A stretch of DNA of 60,930 nucleotides, filler included, from Catajapyx aquilonaris (GCA_000934665.2; 3 parts of 3 records of this genome joined end to end with filler, not necessarily neighbours in it); one strand, 5' to 3'. Positions 1 to 12,847 are shown, counted from the whole stretch's first letter. The notes: generated by a model from the sequence alone, not told the origin. Made by a program: numbers and translations.

Positions 1-275
1 ACAGTAACTTGACCAAATTCCAGCGAACTGAACGCGTATTGTTCCTCGTGCCCGTGAACCAAGTCCGGCCAAGTCATCTCACTTAGCTTATAGCCTCACA
101 GAAAGGCTTGGCGTCCACCACGATCTCACGACTTTGTACGGCGGAGTGGACAAGGCTTGGCACCCAGACACCATCTCACAGGGTTTTTTTTCGGCGGAAG
201 ACATGGCGCTTTTTTACGACTGCGTTTTTGAGTGGGATAGAAGTTACCTTGCATGATGGTCATGTATATACATAC

Positions 276-3200
276 CATTTCACGTAGAAATCCTTGTCCA
301 GTTACGTCGTAGAGTGACAGCCCAATCCGAGTCTGGTGAAGCCACACTTTGCGCATGACATAGTTGAAAACAGACAGGATGGGTACACGTCCTTTTGGGT
401 CATTTTCAAGCAGCTTGCAAAACACATTTGCTGTCAGATATGGCCTGTACAAAAATTTGGTCAAAGGAAAATTATTTGTACTGATACAAAGTCATGAGTA
501 TACCTACTTATACTTGGCTCCAGCTTGCTCCACAACTTTCAGGTAGTCTTTGTAACTGATCATGTGCTCATCTCCAGATTGATTGGGCTCACTCTGATTC
601 TTGTCCAGTAGTGTCCAGAGCATCTGCAAACGTGAATTTAATCAGGAATGAAGCAATAATTCACAACACAGTGTACAAAATAAGCTTAACAGTACTAACT
701 CTGAGCTCATTGTTGTCCAGCAACTCCTGCCCACGTCTTTGTAGAAAAAGTGCTCTGGCCTCTTCTCGCAGTTTCAGGAGCAACAAGTTGTCATCTGATG
801 GCAGCTACCACAAGAAATTTCACATAAATAATGAAGTCCAAATAGTACAACAAATGTGTAATGTAAATGTCATACGAGGGTTGTTCAAAAAGAAACCGAA
901 CTTTAAAAAATAGGGCGTCAACTGGCACAAAGAGTGTATTGAGGCTACTGATAGCACCTAGCGACATGTCTTGACATCAAATTGCCATTTGCCACATTCC
1001 GCTATGACCTTTGGTCATCGAGATACATCCACTTAAGTGAGCACTTGGACAAGCTGTTCGTCGAATTAGTGAGAAAGTGGGAATGAGAGAGCTTGAAAAA
1101 CAACGCGAGTGTGTGAAATTTCGCTAAAAATTGGTGAAAATTTTACCGAGACATTTCAGTTGCTTTACCAAGCATACTTGGGAATGGTCTCCTCGACCAA
1201 AAGAGGCACAGATTAGTCAGTCAAAGGTCAAGGTGATGTATGTTGTGTATTTGGATTGGAAAGGCATTTTTCTTTATGAATTTGGACCATGTTGTCAGAT
1301 TGGCAGGCAGTGTTGTACCAGAATGTTTTAGTGCATTTGAGAGCTGCTGTGCCCAGGAAATGCCTAAATTGTGGGAAAGCCAGGCTTGGATATTGCGCCA
1401 TTGCAATGTGCCGGCTCACACGTTGCTCCTCATCATCAGTCTGGCAAAATATCAGACATCCATTGTGCCAATCTACCCTATTCTCCAGACTTAGCCCCAG
1501 CAGACTTTTTGCTATATTTAAAACTTCAAACCAATTTGAAATGACGTCATTTCCGAACCATAGAAGCGATTCAGGACAATGCGACAAGAGCACTGCGCGC
1601 CATCACAGAAAGTGCGTTCCAGGAAGCATTCCAACAATGGAAGAAAAAATTTAAAACTGTCTATCACCAGTAGAGGGAGCTAGTGTGAAGGAGACAGTGC
1701 TTAAAATTTTGCAAATTGAGCAATGGAGTCTGTATAGAAAAAATTCGGTTTCTTTTTGAACAGCCCTCGTATGTAATGATAATAAAGTCATTACTACTTT
1801 GCTCAACTTTGTAAGGAACTACATTGCTAATGGATTTTGAGAATGGCAGGGAACACTAAAACCCATGCGGAAATCTTAAAAACCTGTCAAAACTCTTGTG
1901 AAATAAGAAAATTCTCTGTCCAATGTGGGTATCAAAGTTGTGATCTCAAAGGTGGTGTGGCCATAGTCCAAGACACTGCGCCACCTTCCTTCTGACAGAG
2001 CCTAAAATGATGACTTCTAAATGCCAGTTCACCTGGAATATGATTCCAACAATGGAGCAGTTGCCTGAGCACCTCAGTGGCACTGAGAGGGCACCACAGG
2101 ACTTAAAGCCATTTCACAAACTCACAACTTGTGAGGGGCTATTCACAAAGGTGATGGCATCCAACTGGGTGGACTTTCTGCATGTGGGGAGCAAAAGGCC
2201 CGCATTCCCAACACTCGCAACTCCCAAGTTTGTGAAGTGGCCTTTCCAGTGTTTTTTTTTTTTTAAACATGCTTGCCATTGGCTGGCAAACCCTGGATTA
2301 CATGGTGCGATAAATGCCTTATTGACACGGTGATGGTGTCCACTATTAACTCAAGATTTGTTCAATCACTCTATAATGTAGATTTTTTGGGGAAGAATTC
2401 CTGAAACCAATTGTCTAAATGGGACTGGCAAGCAGGATTTTTTTGTCTTTTTTTGGCAACGTTTTAAAACCAACATATAACAATCCCACCCTAACTCACC
2501 CCATGCAACACATTCTGGATTATCCCAAAAACACTTCCTACGGAATTAAAAAAAAGAAAGTAAGAGCTAGGTGACGGATAGAATTTACTTAAACAAGACG
2601 GGGCCACGTAAGAGCTACACCATAAGGGTTAATGTACCCCAGAGGTCTTACTTACGCATTTTACGAAATTAAATACATACATGATTTTGGGCACGGCATT
2701 AGTGCCCATGGAGCCGTTCACCAACCCCTCCTCGTGTAAGTCGATGTTTCGCGAGGTATCCTTCTCTCAGTCTGTTCAGGTGCTTGCTACCCTTCTGTCT
2801 GTCTGCCAGGTTGCCGGTCAAGTTGTCCTCTGCCTCAATTTGAACTGTCTGCTGGCATGAAGACAAAAGCATGCGATTGTTGAAATTTTCATTAATTTGT
2901 TGTTAATTGTTTGGTTGTTCTGCAAGAACAGTTATTTCCCAGTGTTTCATCCATTGATTCATGAGCTTGTTTGTAGAAAAGTTAATTGATTTGTTGAGAA
3001 GCTGGTGATTGTTGATAGATTGGCTGTATGGTTGAGATGAGCATAAATGGATGGTTGAGATGAGCATATATAAAGATTACAATATTGTTCATTATACTGG
3101 TCGTTCGAGATGGCCAGGTGGACTGTAAGGCCTACCTTGTCATCGCTGGTAACCCCATCTTGATGGGAATATGCCGTGAATGTATGTATGTATGTATGTA

Positions 3201-4797
3201 CAATATTGTTACATAATATGGATGCGTTAGATGCAGCGACATTTGCATACCTCATCTATGTATTTAATTTTGTAAAATGCGTAAGACCTCTGGGCTACAT
3301 TAACCCTTAAGGTGTAGCTCTTACGTGGCTCCGTCTTGTTTAAGTAAATTCTATCCGTCACCTAGCTCTTACTTTCTTTTTTTTAATTCCGTAGGAAGTG
3401 TTTTTGGGATAATTGCAGCTGGTTTTTTTTTTAACAAAGGAACTTAAACATGTAATTTAATCTAGTTTTATTCGAGTATAGAAGGGACAAGAAATAACAT
3501 CATGGCCTCTCTCATAATCCCGGTTGGGTCCGCCACTTCCTTCACCACCAGGTCGTTTAAATGAAACCAAGGACCTGCTACTTGACCAAGGCGGTGTAAT
3601 GACCGGAATCCAATGTACTGCCATGGTGAAAGATGGCAGCATTGCAAGAAAATATCCTTGAATCTAAAGTAATACATTCAGGATTCAAATCCAGAAGTTG
3701 TGTATGAATTTTCCGCCCCTCGTTGTCATACCGCACCAGGTACAGTAGGCTATTAAGCAACCATCTAAGTACCTGATGCCAAAGAGTTCTGCTATATTAT
3801 ATATTATACACCTAGAGGAGGCACTCGGGCTGAAATGCGAGGCAGGCAACAATACTGGCAACAATATTACCTCCAACAAGATGGCGGACGCCTGACATTA
3901 TTGAACTAATTGTCGCCCAGTTGTCATTATTGGTTGTTGTCCCAGTTGCTAGACAACTGTTAGGACAACAATATTACCTCCAACAAGATGGCCGCTGCCT
4001 CAGCCTGTCTAATGGAAAAGAATAGGGAGTACCTCCTCTAGGTATTATATTGTATAATAGCAGAACTCTTTGCCTGATGCTGAAGGATATTATCACGTAT
4101 CCTACGTTTCCACAAGTCTTCAGTTAACAATGTTTTTTTTATCTTTGTTAAAAGAAAGTCAACAAGAGGTGTTGTTCAGAAACGGCAGCGGTATATGCGT
4201 AACATATACGTATTAACAGTGGGTGCTTAATAATTTTTCCCTATTTGTGTACAGGCTCACGGGGGCCCGGACACGTGTTGAAAATTCTACACTTCTACCA
4301 GCAATGATATTTGAGATATGCCTCACAAAAAAAAAGTCCCAAGATCATCCCCAACAATGAAGAGTTCAAAATCAACAATACGCTCTTACTTGAAGGGACT
4401 ACCGTCCCTACAATGTCCTCCCCTTGTTGACACCCAGCCCGTTTCTTACACGACCAAATGTAATAAACATAACTCCACCTTGAAATAAAACCTGGGCAGT
4501 AAGTGATGGGTTCTAAACCCGCCTGACCAGCCTGCGTCCCCTCCTGCCGCTCCCTTCCATTTTCTGTAGTACTCGGCCGCCTCGGCATCTGAGGCTCTCG
4601 GATCCACCGGTCGGTCCCAGTGTGAGTCTGCGTGTAACAAAAACGGCTTATAAATGACGCTACCTGTATCAGCATACACCCCTACTGCTCCCTAGTTCCG
4701 AACCTCCAGCTCCTATCAATGGTGAACACTTATCAGTTCCCAACACCGTTCGAAAGATCGCCTTCAACTCTGTATTACGACGGTTATCTGTCGCCAT
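276..4797 (-). CDS. PPP2R3C: PP2A regulatory subunit B'' gamma (PPP2R3C), 5' part, multi-exon; 3' exons lie beyond the left edge
   Basis: Phase-consistent GT-AG exons: 4797-4704 (ATG in gaaATGG; donor least certain), 4627-4479 (AEYYRKWKG..LPRFYFK), 804-700 (LPSDDNLLLLKLREEARALFLQRRGQELLDNNELR), 623-508 (MLWTLLDK..MISYKDYLKVVEQAGAKY), 444-276 (FNYVMRKVWLHQTRIGLSLYDVTGQGFLRE). These match the PPP2R3C motifs as I recall them (KLREESRAVFLQR; FNYVMRKVWLHQTRIGLSLYDV). Confidence 0.93.
875..1769 (+). mobile_element. Decayed, internally deleted mariner (Tc1/mariner) transposon
   Basis: TA-flanked ~29-bp TIRs (CGAGGGTTGTTCAAAAAGAAACCGAA / TTCGGTTTCTTTTTGAACAGCCCTCG). Broken transposase motifs: SPRPKEAQISQSKVKVMYVVYLDWKGI, WILRHCNVPAH (cf. 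HHDNAPAH) and a frameshifted YSPDLAP-like stretch near 1480. Confidence 0.9.
2519..3413. mobile_element. Non-autonomous fold-back/MITE-like element with ~160-bp terminal inverted repeats
   Basis: 2519-~2679 (ATTATCCCAAAAACACTTCCTACGGAATT...) is the near-perfect reverse complement of ~3257-3413. No credible internal ORF. Confidence 0.8.
3468..4135 (-). pseudogene. Frameshifted C-terminal fragment of a ubiquitin-specific protease (peptidase C19) domain, interrupted by a MITE
   Basis: Minus strand reads AAIFHHGSTLDSGHYTALVK, then after a 1-nt shift near 3580 VAGPWFHLNDLVVKEV..AMMLFL. This is the USP His-box (GHY) plus the W..ND Asp motif. Confidence 0.7.
3780..4072. mobile_element. 293-bp MITE with 8-bp target-site duplication (hAT- or P-like)
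   Basis: Imperfect ~45-bp TIRs (CAAAGAGTTCTGCTAT...CCTAGAGGAGG) and TSD CCTGATGC at 3772-3779 and 4073-4080. Internal direct repeat CAACAATATTACCTCCAACAAGATGGC occurs twice. Confidence 0.88.
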
Positions 4798-5085
4798 TTC
4801 TGGATGACTCTATCGCCAGTCACATATCCGTATCGACTGTCTACCATAGAGAATCGATACTATTCTTTAGCGGGAGTTTCGACCATGTATACATGGTCGA
4901 AGAGATGGACGGAGAAAAAACACCAGAAAATAATACCCTGCTGAGATGATAGAAGTAACAGCCAGACCGAGCCAGACCATGCCGCAGCCAAAGCAAGGCA
5001 CAATACATTACACTAATTTTATTCACTAATAGCCATCAGGATCAAGTATTCACTGCCCGAACCTTTCAAAAGGCACATTGTATGC

Positions 5086-5393
5086 TGGTGGTTCCCAACC
5101 TTTCTTCATCGCGACCCTATCTACCTTTCCTGGACCTAGCGACCCGTATGACCCCCCCCCCCCCCCCCCCNACCCCCCAATCCTGATTTTCCCCCGAATT
5201 TTTTTATTGCCAAATCGTTCAACCAGGCACAATGCTTATGTAGATTTGAAATCAATTTCATCCCAAACTTTTCCTTTTTTGCCTTACTATATTTTTTCTT
5301 TATTTTTATTCATTTTTCAGGCCTTCCCCACGACCCTTAAAAACATGCTGGCAACCCAATTTAGGGTCGCGACCCAGGGGTTGGGAACCAGAC
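5086..5393. mobile_element. Degenerate hAT-like MITE
   Basis: Ends TGGTTCCCAACC / GGTTGGGAACCA with subterminal GGGTCGCGACCC motifs; TSD not clear. Confidence 0.55.
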
Positions 5394-8300
5394 CTATGGC
5401 ATTTAGATGGCTCTTGCTGACATTGCAATATATTAATTCCAACTTCAAACTATTTGTGCAAAATAATGTTTTCCAAGACGTTGTGACATATGCTCTGCAA
5501 TATTCCTGTAAAACTCACAATGCCCATACATCATCACTCTCAAAATTGAATAACTTTTATTTTCAATTAAAAATCCATTCATTTATGGCATATGTTATAA
5601 ATTATTGAATGCTAACTTTACATGTGCTTACAATGCTAACTTTAGTACATTAGCCCATGACATCCTATTAATCCAAGTGCAACTTGTCATATCACCATAA
5701 AAATGTACAAAACACATGTTCAATTATTATGCTAATTTTTCCTGAAATGAGAAACTAAAAGTATAGATACTCACATCAGAATTACTCAAGATGGATACTA
5801 CTTAACTTTGAAAACAAAACGTAGAATACAAACATCTGCCACACAGGAGTAGTTGCCATCCATTTTGGCGTAAAGCAATGGTCACAGCCATTAGATGGGC
5901 TACAATTCCTGCATTCCATATTTTCGGTGCTAATCCCAGACGATTTCTTTCTTAAGAGGAAACCCAGTCCGCAGCATCCAAGAAATGGTATCAGTTGACA
6001 TTTTATTTCATGTAACTGTCCGCTTGCTAATTCCAGTAACGTCACGAAATTTTTTGGAGTGCGCTGCAATGTAGCTACCTGGATTCGAGCTACTTAATGA
6101 CGAAAAAATGCGAAGCAAAGTAGTGAAAATAAATCGCGATGTTATGGTCGAAATTGTGCATTTTTCAATTTCATCCCGATAATGACACATGAAGTCTGTC
6201 CTTCAACCTGTACTGCATCCATGTGTTAGAAATTTGAAAAATTATTGATACATTTTGGCTATTAAATTATTTAATAGCCAAAATGTATCAATAATTTATT
6301 GAATTGACATCCATGTAATTTCGCAATGAGGCTCAAATTGACAAAATAAACTGGAGTAAGCATCTGTTCCAGAATGGGTTTCACCACAAATCATTATAAT
6401 TTCCATGAGGTAGTTCCTCATAGTACTAGATCCATTCATCATTCATTCATTTTCTTCACAACATATCCTTGTACTTCAAATTGCTTATTGTTCACTAAAG
6501 TAACTTTTCATAAAATCAGTTACAGAGTAATCATGATTTCATGTCTCATCCTCGATCTCATCCCTTCAATTGGGCAATGTCAGTTTTAGTGAAAAATGTG
6601 CAACTAAAATATTCCCTTCTCATATCCTTGCAATAAAAAATGAAATAAATAATGTCGAAGTCTCCTAAAGCCTTCAGTGTCCATTTTGAGATAACTGTAA
6701 ATTTAAGTTAATGAAAAGCCAGATTTCACAATTGTAAATTTAAGTATGAATACAAATTTAGAAATTCTCCAATTACACTGGTTTATGTAATGTGAGCACC
6801 TACATATAAATGAATATTTTTCCCGATTTGCATTCATACAACCCTAAAGAGGGGAAAAAATTAGTTTTACTTTTCAGCCACTGTTATTAGGAATACTAAG
6901 AAATTACTAAAAGAATTACTCAAAATTAACAGGATCCATGCCACTGATCCTAGAACACATCCTTTTGGATTAGAAAAAAGTAACCTACATTCATGAGGAC
7001 ACATCTTTCCTACCACTCTGCATTACAAAATAGAGCCATCAGACAGCTACAAAGGTGGATCAAATAAATGGTTTAAACATGGCAAAAACAATTATTTAAA
7101 CCTGCTGGTTTGGATGCTTTTCAACAGCAACAGTTGTAACCTAATATGGTACCCATAGTTTCACGCAATGTATTGATATGCTTAGTGTGGGTTGGACATC
7201 AGTTACATAAGGATGGTGGCATGTCTATGAGTGGTGTAAAAAGATTCAAGTTAGTGCAGCTTGATTTGTCTAGCCTGGCTGTGACATCGCCAAGAACTGC
7301 TTTCACCCTCCTGAAATATTTTACATTATTCTTAGATACGTATATGCACGGCAGGTCCATATTGTGCCTCCCTTTTTTGATGAATTTTCATGGGTTTGTC
7401 CCTTTGAAGCACAAAAATGAATAACAGCTCTCTGCTCCTCCTTGGTGCTGGTCAGAAGGAGCACCACAGCTGCTGCCTGACTGACACTTCACCTATTAAC
7501 AAACTAAGGTAAACCTACCAATTTATATACGGTCATCTTAAGGTAAAAAAATTGGATTTTGGGTTCTGCACATAACACCCAAAAGAATAAAAGAATGTTA
7601 CAGTTACAGACATGTCTGGATAGTCTATTTCGTGCTCTATCTGAATCTGTGTTTTACTTTCCTTAATGGAATTTTGCTATCATGTAACATCTTGACCAAT
7701 TTGTGACACCTGTTTTTATCCATTTGATTTATCTATCCATTCTATCAGTGATGTTTTTATGCTTCTTTCTGACGAGTATGTACACTGTACTCACGATTAT
7801 CCGTGTTGCAGGTTATCCGTGCATTGGCAAAAAGTTAAGTTAGAAATAAAAGTCCAAATAATGTCAATATTTCTCGCAAACACATAAAATACCAAATCCT
7901 GACAGCGTAACTCCTAACATCTTATTTATGACAGAGGGTGTCATTAATTGGATGCGATCATCGTAAACGACTGAAAAGGCTATGCACGAAAGTTCCTTTT
8001 AGGTCCTTTTCATTTAATCATAAAACTATTACAATATGATTGATAATGTAACAATTCGAATGTAAATAAACCCTATTTCTTAGGGTCACTTGGCAAATGA
8101 CAGATTTCAGTCCCCAATTTCTGACACCCACACTAACTCTTGAAATGCATCAGTACGATTAGAACAAACATTCACAAGAGGAAAAGGACATCTTCAATTA
8201 CTAATTAACCTTCAAACTGTTTCCCCATTTTAAAATAAATGTGTAAAAAAATTTGAAACGAAATTCTGCTCTTAACAGAATTGGCACTTTTCATCCCATA

Positions 8301-8566
8301 TTACACTGTGGCTGTGCAGCACTTGACACTCTTATTTATCTGTTGAGAACCAAATCACCACTGACCTTCACCTCCCTACAGGTGGTTAAATAACGATACT
8401 AGGAAGTGCTGCCAAAGTGGTTAATTACTATGCTACTTGTTTTGAATTCTTGTTATTTAACTTCTTCCATAGGCGGTCATAAATTGGGTTTGAAAGATGG
8501 GGGACCACAAATTGGTACATTTACCTTACCTGAAGTTACCAGTTTGGGAGTGTGCATTTGCATGCA

Positions 8567-8742
8567 CAGTTGACTCCAGATATAACAGACTCCAAGGGAC
8601 TGCAGAAATCAGTCTGTTATAACCAAGGTCTGTTATAGCTGAATACAAAAGCCATATATGGAAGTTTGCCGGGACTGGCCTTTCGAGTCTGTTATAATCA
8701 AAAGTCTGTTATAGCCGAGGCTGTGATATCCGGAGTCAACTG
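8567..8742. mobile_element. Tc1/pogo-type MITE
   Basis: TIRs CAGTTGACTCCAGATAT / ATATCCGGAGTCAACTG, TA on the right flank, internal repeats of TCTGTTATA. Confidence 0.7.
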
Positions 8743-8771
8743 TATGTGGGTGTTTGTGTGTGATCAACATA

Positions 8772-9888
8772 CCGTATTACCTCACATGCAGGTGTAAAAC
8801 GAGGTCGACCAGCATGCCGCAATAACCGAGGTAAATTTCGGCAATTTTGATCCTTGACAAAATTTTTAGAATGCTTCTGGTACCGCACTAAAATAATGTT
8901 ATGTGAAAAATTGGCGAGTACAGGGCTGTGAGAATATGTAAGTTCTGCTGCACAGGGCATAAAATGTGACCAATTCCATTGTAAGCCTGCTTTAGGAGGG
9001 GGCACCCCCTATTCCATCTCAAAGAATCAAAGCAAATTCCTTCAGTCATTCACTTTGCTCAATAGTTCCCCCATTTCAGATCTTGCTGGCAATGAGAGCA
9101 TCACTTTATGTAGTGGTATAAATTCGTCTGAGAAGCCTTGTTACTCAGATAATAAAATCCAAAGTCAAGAGGATGAAATATACTGGTAGCCATGCTTCCC
9201 TGCTTGCAGCCTTTCCCTTTTAATTGAAAATATTGCCGTGAAATTTGAACTTAACGAATGATCTTATGGGATGTGTCAGGCAATAGAAGTGTCCTGGGCT
9301 GTATCTGCATTGTAGAACATGGTGTAATGCATTCATTTGAGTAATAATAATTTTTACAGAGAGTGTGATAATGCTGTACTTAAGACAACCTCGCCTTATA
9401 CAGTGCTGGACATATTAGCCGTCGCTGAATGTTTTTTTCCGGCGGCGGTGTTACCTGGCAACCCCGTCCGGCGGGCCAATTCAAACACCAGCACATGGAG
9501 AGTGCTTCCATTGTTGCCACTGTTTACAAATCGAGTGAGTGACGCGAACGACCCAGCGACGGGTCTCTTCTGCCTGCTTACACAGTATCTGCAGGGATAT
9601 ATGCAGGAAAGAACGGGAAAAATAATGATGTTAGAAGCAATAAGTCATTTTGGGGTCACTCCCTCGATTTGTAAACAGTGGCAACAATGGAAGCGCACTC
9701 CATGGGCTGATGTTTGAATTGGCCTGCCGGACAGGGTTGCCAGGTGCCGCCGCCGCCGAAAAAAAACATTCAGCGACGGCTAATTTGTCCAGCACTGTAC
9801 CAGCATACTTCACTTAGATTGGCATGCATTTCTATAACCTGGTCAATCTCGACGACACCGGCATGCCACTTTATGTGAGGTAATACAG
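8772..9888. mobile_element. TA-flanked pogo/mariner-type non-autonomous element hosting a nested MITE
   Basis: TA|CCGTATTACCTCACAT ... ATGTGAGGTAATACAG|TA. Confidence 0.65.
9401..9797. mobile_element. TA-flanked MITE with ~140-bp TIRs, nested in 8772-9888
   Basis: TA|CAGTGCTGGACATATTAGCCGTCGCTGAATG ... CATTCAGCGACGGCTAATTTGTCCAGCACTG|TA. Confidence 0.88.
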
Positions 9889-10098
9889 TAATATCTCTTA
9901 GAATATAGAATATGAAAGTGGTGTCCAGCATAAAGGTTGGCCCTATGGGGAGTCATTTTTTACATCTTTGCAACTTCAAAATTTCATCAAAATTTTTGAT
10001 CAAATATAAATCCCATTAAAATAACAATTATTTCAAGTTATGAAATGCTCTACTATTGGCCAAATATTACTGCAGACACTTTCTAATATTAAATTCAT

Positions 10099-10437
10099 GG
10101 GGGAGACGGAGTGGCGCCGCGGTAACGCGCGCGCCCACGGAAGTTAAGGTCCCGGGTTCAATCCCCACCCGGGGTTCCCACCTTCTTTCGTGCAGAGTTG
10201 GGCCATCTCTGGCTTCGTTTCGGGTGGCAATTTCCGGCAGACTAAGCCACCCGGGGGAGTTCACAAAATGACGATTAGAGACATTGCACTTGCACTTTGC
10301 ACATCCCCTCCCACCCACCCTTGGAGCATACTAATTAAGATTATTCTTAAACTCGCTCCAAAACAAATTCCAAAGGTGGCAACCCACCCCCCCTAAGGAG
10401 TAGTATAACTCCCCCCGTGGGGTAATGAAAAAAAAAT
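10099..10437 (+). mobile_element. tRNA-derived SINE, family A
   Basis: Head GGGGAGACGGAGTGGCGCCGCGGTAACG (A-box-like) and GGTTCAATCCC (B box); body GAGTTCACAAAATGAC...GACATTGCAC shared with the copy near 53400-53752; A-rich tail. Confidence 0.8.
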
Positions 10438-10544
10438 TTTTTTAAAAAAATTTAAATTAAATTTATGTGAAAGCAACTGCAATTACATTTGACCAATAGT
10501 ACCATCTAAAGGCAACACAACTTATTCTTTCGAATCAGCATATA

Positions 10545-11145
10545 CAGGGTGTTCCAAGTTTGGGCCTTACAGTTAAGAGGAAATTGCGCTTGAAGCTGTT
10601 ATTTTTTTGTAGCTTGCTGAGCCCCGGTCAAGGTGCCTTATTCTATTGAAACTCCCATATTTTATCACATGGGAGCAACCCCTGGACACTACCCCGATAA
10701 TCTTATCTTATCGCCATGAGGTGCTCACTTGAGAGCACCATGAGACAGCCTTTCACTGCTACATTATGTGGCGACCCTACCAGACCACGCTGAACTTTAT
10801 AGGTACAAAAGGGAAGCGCTACATTGGGGGACCCAACATGGTCGCCGGCGGCCATGTTGGCCCCTCATGTAGCAGCTTCCCTTCTACCTAAGTTCAGCAC
10901 CGTCCGGTAGGGTCGCCACATAATATAGCAGTGAAAGGCGCTCTCATGGCGCTCTCAAGTGAGCACCTCACGCAAAAACCCCCGGCAGGGGATAAGAGGT
11001 AGTGACCAGATCTCAGTATTATAAGACCATGCATGGGAGTAATGGGGCACCTGGATCAGGGCACATCAAGTTACACGAAAATAACTGCTTCAGCTACCGT
11101 ATATCAGTGATAACTAAAAACTACCCACAAACTTGGAACACCCTG
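10545..11145. mobile_element. CAGGGTG-terminated Tc1/mariner-type MITE containing a ~250-bp internal hairpin
   Basis: TA|CAGGGTGTTCCAAGTTTG ... CAAACTTGGAACACCCTG|TA. Internal palindrome ~10718-10970 centred on GCCGGC. Related copy at 37987-38449. Confidence 0.85.
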
Positions 11146-12317
11146 TATATCAGGCATTCAGTGTCCACAAGCCACAATCTGTAGAAATAATCAATCCTGG
11201 AGTCAGACCTTTGGCAATTCTCACTACTTTATAACATCATCACCATCTATGATCATCACCTAAGGGAAGCTGTCTGAACCCCAAAATACTGATGTGTCTC
11301 GCCTACCCCCTTCTCAAAAAACAATGTCATAGAAATCATCAATATAGTGATGGCCATCACTGTCTGTGATATCATGACTGTATCAAGGTACCTAAAAGAG
11401 TATGGAGAGAGAGAGAGAGAAAAAAAAAACCTGATAAAAACCTAAAAAATCAGATCACCACCCCATTAGTGCTAAAATCATATGACTTACACGGTGTGAA
11501 CAGGTCCTTGAATTATTCTGAAACTCTGATGAATATTCAGTCACAGAAATACATACTGCTCTATTTTATTATTAACCTACAAGTTAACATTACATGTATC
11601 TGCAATAAAACTACTCAGAAACCTTCATTTCCATCTCAATCATAGAAAACCCTTAAGTGACGTTAGCTGCAGGATCTACATTCTTGTACACACAAGGACT
11701 CTTCAATATGCATGTGAAGCTCAGCATGAAGTACACTTACTTTTATCAATTATGTTTACTCATTGGTGTAAATCAATAGGGCAACTTTAATACACGAATA
11801 CTACAATACTGTTATCATGCTGAACCTCTCAAATTATCTTTACATGCAAAATGTAACATGAACTACAAAGTATAGTTGATAAACTGTCAGGTTTCGTCCT
11901 TCTTTTTCAAGTATATTTTTTCCTGCAACATATGTCACAGACAATATTCAGTAAGTACTGGAATAACAAAATTCTCTAACTCCTGTCCAGTCTTTGAGAA
12001 ACAAGGATCCAATCAACAAGAGTCACTTTTCTTCTTGATCCATCCAATCCAAGCAAATGATCATATTATGAACAACGACAAACAAAAAAACTATAAATGT
12101 GACAAAATGTTGCTGTCAATAGTGGGTGAAATATGTTGTTTCATCCGAAACATAAAATACTCACATGCCAAATGGTCAAATCAGTCAAGTGCGACTGAGA
12201 TAATCAAGTGGTCAAGACAGTTTACTGTAGTTCATCTTTCTGATAAATTGTCGCATTTTGCATCAACTTTTCAGTTAACAATACGGAGTATATACACGGG
12301 ATACCAATTGTGTTCCA

Positions 12318-12558
12318 GGGCGGCACAGTGGTGTAGTGGCTAATGTCATAGACTTCCACCTCTGAGGTCCCGTGGTTGATCCCCGGGTCAGACAGAGGAT
12401 TCTCACGTTGAAAGAGTGTTAAGAGATTCTCTCCGTGTGCGCATGGGTTCTCTCATTTTCTCCTAAAATCTTTCTTCCCCTCTCACCCTCCCCTGTGCCA
12501 GATACTCTTAGTTGCTTTGGCTCCCCCTATCAATCAATCAATCATCAACCAACCAACC
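12318..12558 (+). mobile_element. tRNA-derived SINE, family B, degenerate
   Basis: GGGCGGCACAGTGGTGTAGTGG (A box), GGTTGATCCCCGG (B-box-like), ending in a (CAAT)n/(CAAC)n tail. Confidence 0.6.
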
Positions 12559-12847
12559 AGTTGTGTTCCTGCAAATATTCTGCCAACCGACATCACCATG
12601 ACTTTTCCCTACTTTCACAAAAACCTAGAGAGATTCCGACACATCCTGCTGGCATGGCTGGCTGCTGGGCAGGAGCCGCTCACTCAGGGCTTTTGTAAAT
12701 GTTGGTATTAGTCATGATGGTATTATTTGGAAGAACAGCATCAAAAACACTATAGTCATACTGTTCCTTGAGTACATAATGCCCATATCCATCTCAAAAG
12801 CATGAACCTCCCGTATGCTAAAGGTATGGGCATCTTACACCACTATA

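Noticed and set aside
2007..2333. IPTMEQL as a PPP2R3C exon (cf. IPTLPQL)
   Set aside because: Wrong strand and position; a chance resemblance.
10099..10180. tRNA genes (also at 12318, 16998, ~51000 and ~53700)
   Set aside because: They have A/B boxes but no clean cloverleaf and continue into shared bodies and tails, so they are SINE heads.
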